In this document: positions 1 through 64,000 of the stretch, in pieces
Numbering within the stretch: the first letter of the stretch is position 1
How the letters are laid out: the number at the start of each line of letters is the position of its first letter
From: Eledone cirrhosa
Taxonomy: Eukaryota
Reading direction: 5' to 3'
Assembly: GCA_964016885.1 (NCBI GenBank)
Contig: OZ024741.1
Coordinates: 91,016,001-91,080,000, forward strand
DNA length: 64,000 bases
Notes under the pieces: generated by a model
Databases searched by the model: none
Seen by the model: only the letters and a program-made list of their open reading frames with translations
What the model was told of the DNA's origin: nothing
Program-made: the position numbers and the translations under genes

Positions 1-2676
1 AAAACTATTCTGAAAAAAAATTGATGTAATGGTTTGAAATACTAGATTTGAAAGAGAAAAAGGAAATGTAATGGCAATATGGTCAAAAGTGTATGAGAAC
101 AAAATCAGAAGAATGAGCACAATAGATTAATTTACTGATGTTTTAAAATTGCTTTCTATAACGGCACAAATAAACAAAGGCAAATGTTTTCAAGTTTCAT
201 GGTTTATTTTATGGAAATATTTGAATTGCAGAATTATTTTATGGAAATATTTGAAACTCAGTGTTTAATATTCTGAGTCTGGGAAGCATTTGTAATGGCT
301 ATTTTAAACATGTTGTGGGTGTTTTAAGTCTTTTAATCATTATTTACCATTTAAGTGCATGTAGAATTTGACACAAAATGTAAAATTACTGCACAAAATT
401 AAATTCAGAACTGCACAAACTTGGATTTAATACTTCACAAACTAGAGCCAACAGCACATTAAAATGATCATTGATATCAAACTGCCTGAAACTGTCCCTG
501 GTTCTGTGTTATAAAACTGTTTTTAAGTGTTTATATTTACCTAAAAACATTCCATCATAATTTTATGTGAGAACCTTTATTAAGTTATGTTGCAAACCCT
601 AAATAATAAGAAAGTTAATTAGTAAATCAATCCAGGTTCTTGATTATTTTCCAAATTATAAGAAAATCGTAGGCAGTGCCTTTCATTAGAAATATGGTAA
701 TGAAAGGGTTGAACATTTTCTGAGTTAAGTCTCTATGTAAATTCAAGAATTGACAAGAATTGGTAATAAAATTTTTCTATAACTGAATGGTGAGATGTAA
801 CATATTTCCAGAACTGTACTTTTTTTTCCAGATACCTAAACTAGTTTATAATCATGTTTCTTTGAAGCATGTTTATTAATGATGAGGAATATTACTTCAA
901 TAGAGTGCATATAATTAAATTCATAAATGGTGTGAAGAGAATTATATTTTATGAAATTCCTATTTCTCATTAGTCCTCTGACAACTAAATGCATTATGTA
1001 TTTAGTGAAGCTATGCTTCAAATACCATCTTATTAATGAGAAATTTAGTTATGTTACTAAATCTTTCCAAATTCTTAATTATTTTTAAAATTATTTAAAA
1101 ATCAAAAGCAGTAGAAACATAGTAATGAAAGGGTTAAATTCCAGAAGAATAAACCCCCACCAAAATTCTTGATAGGCTCGGAAATAAGTAACTATCCTGA
1201 ACTGAAATATGACTTTCAAATATTGACACAAGTCCACAGATTTTATGAGCAAAGTATACTTGAAATTAAACTGACCCTGGGATTTGACTGATACTTTATT
1301 TTATTCATCCTAGAAGTATGAAAGGCAAAGTTGGCCTCCGTAGAATTTGAACAAATAATGTAAAGAGCTGTAACTAAATACCACAATGTATTTTGTCAAA
1401 CAGTATCAATTCTACCAATTGACTTCTCTGATTCAATTATACATAGCATTTTCTTAAAGAAATCCCATATACTTAAACTCATATCTGATAATTCTTTATT
1501 ATTTCATCGACCCTGGAAAGATGAAAAGCAAAGTTGACCTCAGCAGAATTTGAACTCAGATAGTAAAGAGTTTTAACTAAATATCATAAAGTCCGAAGCT
1601 CTAAGAATTTTGCCAATTCACCACCTCATGACAAATCATATTTGATAATGAAATAATTACTAGTCTGTCATCTTATATGCAATCACATGGAATGTAGATT
1701 ATAGATAACATGTGTAATCACGTGGAATCACAGTAACCAATGTCATCATCATCATCAACACTGTTTAATATCTATTTTTCAGGCTAGCATGGGTTAGACA
1801 GGTTGTCCTATTTGAGACAAGTCTGGTTAGATGACCATGTCTTGCTCATACAGAACTGATTTTGGCTTGGTTTCTATGACTGGATGTCCTTCCTACATGC
1901 CAACCACATTTACAATGAGTAGTGGGTGTTTTTTGTTGTGACACCTACACAACCACTTTACAGTGTGGGCTGGATGCTTTTTGTTGTGACACCTACTTGA
2001 CCACCTTATAGTGGGAGCTGGGCACTTTTTGTCATATTGCCATCACAACCACTTTACAGTATAGGCTGGGGTTTTTGGTGGGAAGGGTGTGTGGGGATTA
2101 GGGAGGTGCATTATATAAATACTTTAACCCTTCAATATTCAATCGTTGATAGTTATTAAAAGCTGAAGTTAATTAAATAAGTTGGTAAATTTGGATATTT
2201 GCTTATTTTTACTGTAGTTGGCTTTCATCCTAAAACCATCATGATGAGAGACTAACATATTATTTTTATTTGGCGGGAGGAGTAGTGTTACATGAGTGAA
2301 ATCATAAGGGGGATTGTCTTTAAACTTGGTAGAGCTTATCCATCTCCAGGTTTGAACAAATCTGAATTTTTCCAGAGAAATAGAGAAAGAGAGTATAGAG
2401 GAAGATTTGACCCCCCCCCCCCCCCCCCCCGCCCAGTTTTTTAACTAGTCATTTATTTATCAACCTTGAATGGGAGAAAGGTAAAGCTGTCTTCAGCAGG
2501 ATTTAAGCACAGAGCACCATATCTGATGTTCTGACGACTCTTTCAATTTGCCACTCCTAGACTAGTATATATATATATTCCTGTAAACAAAATTGGTTGA
2601 AGTTAACAGATCAACTGAAAACAATAAATCCATAATTTCTAAATTATATTCTAGGAGTAAATTTATAAACATTTAC

Positions 2677-55642
<52,966 letters not shown>

Positions 55643-58025
55643 GATGAAGTACTACTAACAGTAGCAATTAGTAAGCTGATAAGTTTCACAAACATAAAAA
55701 ATCTGTTGCCAAGTGACCAAATACAACTAGCAGAAATGCTTCATTAAACTTGATGTCAAGTTGAAGCAAACAATAACTAACTTCTATTATCGAGGGATTT
55801 AAATGAAGATGTATAACAGCATCTGTGATCAGATAGATATGGTTGAGTGGTTAAGAATTCATTCATTAAGTCCTGTGTTCGATCCCAATCCATGACATTA
55901 TAGGCAAGTGTTATTTACCATAGCCTCAGAATGACTTAAGTTTTGTGAGAGAAATTGGGTGATGGAAACTTTTTAGAAGACTGTTGGATGGCATGTACAT
56001 GCAATTTAAAGAGTCAGCTTTGTCACACAATATCTCATGCTAAATCTCCCTGAGAATTATGTCAAGTGCATATGTGTCTGTGGAATGTTCAGCCATTTAC
56101 ATATTAATTCAGGAGTAGGCTAGTTTGTTGGTTGAACAACTGGAATATTCATTGTCAAAACCAATGGAGATACATTCCATTATTCTATTATCGAGGGATT
56201 TTATCAGAAGCTATGTAGTATCTGTTATCACATGAAGCATGGCTGAGTGGCTTTGAACTTCACAATCATGAGGTCTCAAATTTGATCCCATTGTATGGTA
56301 TCTTGGACAAGTGTCTTTACCAGTACTGGACTTACATATAAGCTATAGCTTAGGGCCACACACCCTCAGGAGACCTCAGTTTTTAGAATATATTTCTTAT
56401 TTTTCTGTGGCAAATGGAATAAATCAATTAACTAATCATTAATATATAATTTTGTAATCATTAATATATAATTGTTTCTACTTTTGGCACAATTACCCAG
56501 TGTATTACTGGTACTTTATTTTATCAACCCCATAAAGATGAAAGGAAAAGTTAACCTCAGCGGGATTTGAACTCAGAACGTAAAGGGCCACAACCCATAA
56601 CTCTATGCTGCAAAGTATTCTCATGTATGAGTATTGAAAAATTTTTTACCTGATTTTTTTAGAGAAATGCCTCAAATTTCATACAGCTTAGGGCTTCAGC
56701 AGATGACAGTTTGACTCTGTTTTTTTCCTCGGGTCAACCCCAGCTTTACGAGTGAAATTATGTAGATGGAAAATAGATGTTAAACAATGATGATGATGAA
56801 ATACCTGCAATTCCAATTTTGTAACATATTTGTGACTGATTTGGCTTGGGAATTACATTAAGGGCACAGATGTTTGAGGAACACCCAACCACTTACACAT
56901 TAATTCATAACCTGCACATACAGTTGATCAAACAACTGAATACTCATCAAAATCAACAGAGGATCCCTCATTATTGATATGCAATAGAAAATTATATTTA
57001 AAATAATGGGGAGAATTTTTAAATTTTACTTTTCTGTTTGAAATATCAAACTTATGAAAATAAAGTTAATAATAAATCAAAATGTTAAAATGAAATTAAA
57101 CAAATAATAATAAAAATAATCAATGGTTTCTAATTTTAGCCCAAGGCCAGCAATTTGGGGGAGAAGGCTAGATGAGTATATTGACCCCAGTACTTGATTG
57201 GTACTACATTTTATCAACCTTGGATGGATGAAAAGCAATGTGGACCTCAGTGGGATTCTAACACAGAATGTTAAGAGGCAGAGTAAACATATTAAGCATT
57301 TGTCCGATGTTCTAACAATTTTGCCAATCCATCACTCTCAAAATAAAAATAAATAATAAAAATTATTGAATTGAAACTTAATCTGATAATTGAATAAAAG
57401 TCTAGTATTCAAATTATAAATTGTGAACAACTATCAACTGTTTTAATGATCTGGATGGCTGTAATACACTACACTAAAGCACTCCTGCCACTTCTTACTG
57501 TCTTTTAGAAAACTTAACTGTTAGGCTAGAAATATTTCTAACCAAATATTAAGGTTTGTTCAATCAATGTTGACCTGTGGTTAAACAACCTAAACAAAAA
57601 TAGTCAGTTTGGAAGCCTCTACAATACAGATGGGTAAATCTTCTGGCAATGAAATCCAGTGGTAATAGAAGTAGATGGAAAAGGAAAACTAATGTAAATA
57701 AACATAAAAAGCATAAGGAGAAAAGAGGAAAAAGAAGAAGAAGAATGCCAGAGTTTGTGTACCTTAGAAGATTTACAGCAGAAATATTTAGAACTTCGTT
57801 TACCCCATGCATGTGCAGGTCCAACGAATAACTGTCAAATTTTTTTTTTTTTTTAAACAGAACGTACAGCCACACATGCACGAGCCAGATGAACAACTTT
57901 CAAATTAAAACCGAATCATACAACCAGCAACCAGCAACGTTCAATGACGTTTTTATTTTCCCTTCAGAAAATCACCCCTGTTGATGGATATGAATCCGAA
58001 ATATAGCGACTAATAAATCTTTTAA

Positions 58026-58246
58026 CCCTTTAGCATTTAAACTGGCCATATCCGGCCTGAATTCTCTCACCTCATTCTGTTCAAACTGGCTGTAACCAGC
58101 CACTCATACTGATGTTATAGTGTTGTTCTCAAAATATATAACATCAAAATCTCATAGATTCGATATTATGTGAGATAATTATGTAAGATAAAGCCTTTAC
58201 TGTGAAAATACAATAGTATATATAGAGTAATGTAAATGCTAAAGGG
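58026..58246. mobile_element. piggyBac-type MITE
   Basis: TTAA TSD on both sides; TIR CCCTTTAGCATTTA / TAAATGCTAAAGGG. Confidence 0.8.
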
Positions 58247-59545
58247 TTAACCAAAACAATTTTACAAGAGAAAAGGAATATTGAATTGAATCAATCACAG
58301 TATGTTACTGATACAATGATATTGATACTTATTTTCTTGATGCTGGAGGAATAATAGTTACAGACGACACCACATTTCAACTCAAATATTCAACAATACC
58401 TTTATATGGTCAATGAAACCAGAAGGCAGCTTCTACATAGTCACTTAAGCAGCTAGATATATCAACCAAATCTCCCTCAAATCATAGTTTTCCATTAAAG
58501 AAAAAAAAAGAATACATAACTTTGAATTATGTAATCCTAAATACATTATATCAAGATAAAACAAAGGATGGTCATAGCATGAGTCTTTCATCATAGATCT
58601 ACTGGATCAGGACTAAATAGTAACAACATCAACAACTCCCAAGGAACTAAGTCAATTTTGTAAGGGAGCTTTTAGCCATTAATATTTGCTTTAGTATATT
58701 GCTGGTACTCCATATTTGTCCATCTTAGTGGTATGAATAAGGCAGACGATTTAGCAGAGTAATTAGAAGAGCATTGGCTGTTTGTTCCAGATCTCAGCAT
58801 TCTGAGTTCAAATCCTGCCAATGTTCATTTTGCCTTTCATCCTTTTGGGGTTAATAAACAAAAATACCAGCTCAATGCTGGATCATCCCTCTCTTTCCAG
58901 CTGTCACAACCTGGAGATTCCATTGGATCAAGGAAGGAAGGTTCAAGAGGTTGTCTGAGTCTGCTCACTACTTCGTGGGCACCTAAAACCCTCATTGAAA
59001 GCATGATACATACTACCAAGCCATACTTGATAACCAAATGACTGTAGTTAGGGGTATGAATTGAAGAAAATTCCTGGCAGGATTTGAACTCAGACCATAG
59101 ATAGACAAATATAGAAATTAAATAAAAGGAGTGTTCAATCTACTATTCTATCAACTACACCATCATAACCATCCTTCACCAACCTTACTTGTGTAAGTAA
59201 TTGATATTGATAAGTGGTATATATAAAACCATGGATGGTAACCAGGACAACACTATTCAAATCAGTGTATTGCATATTATCACTAATTAGACACCAGGGA
59301 GTGTAACAGAACTTTTATTGAACTTCAATAGGAACATACACACACAAACATAAGCCATAGAAACATAAGTCATAGGTACATAAAACACCCACAAACATAC
59401 ATACACTCAAGCATCATTTATTTATTTGATTATATAAATGAATATATATACATCATCATCATCATCATCATCATTTTACGTCCGCTTTTCCCTGCTTGCA
59501 AGGGTGGGACGGGAACTGATTCTGGCTTGATTTCTACAGCTGGAT

Positions 59546-61875
59546 CATCATCATCATCATCATTTTACGTCCGCTTTTCCCTGCTTGCAAGGGTGGGACG
59601 GGTCTTATTCAGCACAGCATCTCTCCACTCGTCACGGTCCCTCGTCATCTCCACCGTGAGCTTCAATGATCTGAGGTCTGTTCTCACCACCTCCGCCCAT
59701 GTTTTTCGTGGTCTACCTCTACTACGTCTTCCTTCAACTGGCATTTCCTGGCACTTCTTCACCCATCGGTCATCCTCCATGCGCATCACATGTCCATACC
59801 ACCTCAGTCTCCTCTCCCGTACACTACATTCTATCCCTCTCAGACACAGTTTCTCTCTCAACACATTTATGCTGGGTCGTTCACGTACATTTACACTGCA
59901 CATCCAACGGAGCATGCTTGCCTCATTTCTCTCCAGCCGTCGCATATCTTCTGCGGTAGCTGCCCATGTCTCACTACCATGCAGCATCGCGCTCCTCACA
60001 CAGGCATCATACAACCGGCCTTTCGTACGCAGGGAGGAACCCTTCTTCGTCAACAGAGGAAGCAGCTCCCTAAACTTCTTCCAACCCGTCCTTATTCTAA
60101 ATACTATGGCCTCGGAACACCCTCCTCCCATGCTAATCTGATCTCCTAGGTACCGGAAGCTATCCACCACTTCTATAGCGCCCTCTCGCATTTGAAAAAT
60201 GTGTCTATCAGTGCGACTTCTACTGTCTAATTTCCCTGTACATCTACTGCATACATATTTCTCCCTACCTGTTAGTTTGCCTGCTATCCCGCTACATCTC
60301 TTGTGTACACAGGACCTACATTGTGTGCATTTTATAGAATTTATGCCAGTTCCTTTTCTGCATATCGAACATGGCCATTTCCCTGACGGAATCAGGGTTT
60401 TGTCCTCTTTTCTACTCATCAACACTTTTGTCTTAGCTAGATTTACTCTCAGTCCTCTTGCTTCCAACTGCTGTTTCCATAGCCGGAATTTATTCTCTAG
60501 CTCCTCTACTGATTCTGCCATAAGAGCCAGATCGTCAGCATAGAGAAGTTCCCATGGACAGCCAGTCTTAAACTCCTCTGTTATGGCTTGGAGGACTATA
60601 ATGAACAAGAGCGGGCTGAGGACCGAACCCTGATGTACTCCTACTTGTATCTGGAATTCCTCACTAAACTCCATTCCTACCCTGACTTTACTGAGAGTAC
60701 CTCTGTACAAAGTTTGCACTGTCCTTACAAGCCATTCCTCAACACCCAGCTTCCTTAGGGACCACCAGATGACAGATCGGGGTACCCTATCAAAGGCCTT
60801 CTCTAGGTCAACAAAGGCCAAGTATAGTGGCTTATTCTTCTCTAAGAACCTCTCTTGCATTTGTCTCACCAAGAAGAGGGCATCTGTTGTACTCTTCCCA
60901 GGCACAAAACCAAACTGCATCTCATCTAGTTTGACCCTTTCTCTAATTAGTTGTGCTAAAATCCTTTCTGCCACTTTCATAACCTGATCTATCAGTTTTA
61001 TACCCCTATAATTCCTTCTCTCCAAAGCATCCCCTTTACCTTTGTAGCAATTTATGAGAATACTGCTGCACCAGTCTTTGGGTATGACACCACCATATAT
61101 AGCCTGATTGATTATGCGTGCAACCAGTTTAGTGCCTACGTCCCTTGATGCCTTCAGCATCTCAGCAACTATTCCCGATGGTCCGGCCGCCTTACCATTT
61201 TTCATTTCCCTAATCGCCTCTTGGACCCTATATTCGTCAATCTCAATAGCTGGTCCCTCTGTCGGATCTACCAAGGGTAATTTCTCTCTCTCCCATTCGT
61301 TCTCCACATTCATCAGTCTCTCATAATGACATTTCCAGGCCTCCTTTTTCTGGTCATTCGTGACACTAAGTACACCGGCATCATCCCGGACACATTTATC
61401 ACCAACAACATCCTGATTTGCATTGACACACTGCCTTGCAATGTGGAACACCGCACGCCTCTGATCTTCCCGTCGCAGAACATTGGCAAACCTCCTACTC
61501 TCTGCCTCCCTGCGTGCTAAGTACACCTGACGTCTAGCTTCTCTCTTAGTGGCTGTATATTCTTCCCTACTCCCACCCTTATTCCAAGCCTTCCATGCTA
61601 GTCTTTTGTCTCTAATAGCCTTATCTACACTGCTGTTCCACCACCAGGTCACTCTCTGTCTGGTTGGGGCTCTGCTCCAGCCACAAGTTTCATCAGTAGC
61701 CTTCAGCAAGTTGTCACGTAAGAACTTCCAGTTATTATCTATGTCATACGTCTCTAAATCGTCTTCTTTTTCGTCATATACATCTTGAAGGGCTTTCCTA
61801 AATTTGAATTTTAGTGAAAGGTCTTTTAGCTTCCAGACCTTTCTTCTCCACACCTTCCTATATGGCTCATTCCAT
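59546..61875 (-). mobile_element. RTE-clade LINE, 5'-truncated, open RT ORF, inserted into a SINE
   Basis: ORF 59565..61904: KAAGPSGI, FVDLEKAFDRVP, GVHQGSVLSP, YADD, PHD-like Cys motif, RRLRWYGHV. (ATG)n tail; CTGGAT duplicated at 59540-59545 and 61876-61881. Confidence 0.93.
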
Positions 61876-62020
61876 CTGGATGCCCTTCCTAATACCAACC
61901 TCATTTACAGTGAGTGCTAGGTGCTTTTTTGCCGTGGCACATCCTCAACCACTTTACAGTGGAATGATAGGGACCCCAGTCTCTATCATCTCATTTCTAC
62001 AGCTGAGTAAACTGGAGCAA

Positions 62021-63179
62021 TCTATACATATATATAAAACTGTAGTTGTCTGTGTGTGTGTCCTCATTTTTGCAAAGTCTATACAAATCGACATTTCTAC
62101 TCCGATTGACTTCAAACTTGCATTTATATATTCCTTGCGGTCTAAAGATATTAACTGCAGCTTTTATTTTTCAATTTTCTGTTGTTAGGCACTGGTTATC
62201 GATCTCCATCGTGCCTTTATAATATCTGTCTGTATGTCTGGTTGTCTGCATTGCGACATTATGACAAACATTGATGACGTATTATGTTCGCTATTTTCCG
62301 TTCATTGCCAGGGAACATCTTCACGAACCAAAGTATTGTCTTCCTATTTTCTTTCAATTGCAACGTTTTTCGAAATATTTACTTCTGCGTTCACAGATTG
62401 ATTTTTTAGTTTCAGAAGATCCCGTTAAGGGTGAAAGCCGCGATTCTTTGCTTAAACTTTAAGCTGTTATTTTAATATATAATATAAGCGAGGCAAGCCA
62501 GTCCAGTTGCCACTTCTTGCCAATAAACTTTAACCCTTTGTGTGCTATTCATCTAACTGTAGACCAACAAATACCACCTAAACGGAGCATTGACAAGAAC
62601 GATGGCGAATGAATCTTCGAGGTAAGCAGTTTTCTCCCGAGCTGTTAGTTCACACGGGATTCTCTGCTACACCTTTTCGTAATAATACCGAACAACGTAC
62701 TGCTGGTCACTCCTTCCTCCAAAAGCCGTACAAAGCGGACATGTGCATCGGGCAGATGGATCGGGTGCAAATCTACACCAGGCCTACGTTAGAAATTCGC
62801 AAGGGACTGCACCAACAGGGATAGAGAGAAAGAGTAACTTAGTGGAAAGAATGCGAATGAACTTTTGAGGTAAGTAGTCTACACCTTACTGCTATGACAC
62901 TGGAACCTTCTGCCAACTTAACCTGTGACTTTCTCTTTCACATTTACTCCAATAGGCCAAAACAGAGGGGTATGAAAAGAGGAGCTCAATATTATTTCTA
63001 TGAACAATGCACGTAGACAGCTAAACTGTACTTTCAACTTCTTAATTTTCTCCAAATAAAACAAGTTTCCTGTCGGTATATTTTCGTGAGTTTTTAACAG
63101 GCACTCACAAATAAACGTTTCTCATTGGAGGTGCTATTATCAATGTTCTTACCCGTGCAACGCCGGGATACACTGCTAG
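62021..63179 (+). mobile_element. Non-autonomous Helitron
   Basis: A|TC 5' end (TCTATACATATATATAAAAC), subterminal hairpin CCCGTGCAACGCCGGG (63152-63167), CTAG|T 3' end, no TSD. Confidence 0.8.
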
Positions 63180-64000
63180 TATATATATATATATATATTT
63201 GTAGAAGTATCCTTCGACCGTTATCTTAGTTTTCTATTTCTCTACACTCAGGGAGATCCAGGAAAGCACAAGTATTGAGTAATTTTTCAGATTTGTAAAT
63301 ACATATACAAATACAGAAATATATACATATATACAGGCATAAATACATACATGTATGCATATATATCATCATCATAAATACATGTATACATACATATCAT
63401 CATTTTACACATGTTTTCCAATGCAGGCATAGGTTGGACTGGTTGTCACAGTCCAATATTAGAGAATCCTGTTTTGCCCATGTTTCATTTTTGGCATGGC
63501 TTCTGTGGCGGAATCACCTTCCCAATCTCAATCACTCTACTGTGAGTTCTGGCTGCATTTTATCATGGTACCATCCCTATCACATACAGCATGTAGTGGG
63601 TGCATTTTAATGTGTCACTAGCACTTCCACTTACAGGGTGCATTAGGTGTATCTTTTGTGGCACCAGACCTACCACTTACAGAATGGACTGGGTGCATTT
63701 TATCATGGTAATCAAGTATTGGTTGATATAATCCTGGCCTTTAGCCTACACAAGAAATAATACAAAGACAATTTTAAGTTAAAGATAAACAAAACATACA
63801 AAATGACAATTAAGGAGAAACTGAACGGATTGGAAATAGAGTGGGAGAGATAGAACCAACTTAGCTAAGGCATAAAGGGGATGCGCACATACAGACAAAC
63901 ATTTATATCTGCTTAAATAACACATCACCTGTTGCCCAAAGCTTCACCTCACCTGCTCACACTGTTTCCTATCTCTCAGTCTGTAGTGTTCTTTTACATA

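Noticed and set aside
1-2676. Further kinesin exon after exon 14
   Set aside because: I found no phase-compatible exon continuing the FHA domain; it probably lies outside the window.
57564-57896. ORF 57564..57896 as the kinesin's first coding exon
   Set aside because: No kinesin similarity; the motor N-terminus with its own ATG is at 55598-55642.

Overview
AT-rich, microsatellite-rich animal genomic DNA; the repeat families and intron sizes suggest an octopod/coleoid cephalopod (inferred, not proven). A kinesin-3 gene (KIF28/KLP-6-like: motor, neck coil, FHA) runs on the minus strand from an ATG at 55642 off the left edge. I reconstructed 14 coding exons (1655 nt), all GT-AG and phase-compatible, with no stops; several normally conserved motor arginines are replaced. 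The introns hold RTE LINEs whose ORF contains a PHD-type finger, a full-length degraded L1/Tx1 element, CRE-type and R4-type LINE fragments, two tRNA-derived SINE families, piggyBac- and hAT-type MITEs and non-autonomous Helitron sequence (the complete Helitron and one RTE copy lie upstream of the ATG). The most striking features are (i) a young Penelope-like element forming a 5.2 kb palindrome with 2.2 kb near-identical arms; (ii) type I hammerhead ribozyme motifs at Penelope-like 3' ends next to (TA)n tracts, where three unrelated sequences share a palindromic stem III and a large structured insertion in stem II, one with a compensatory U3-A8 core; and (iii) short near-perfect hairpins beside exons, two of which fold back at a hammerhead-like core. 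Most short ORFs in the track are microsatellite or antisense artefacts.
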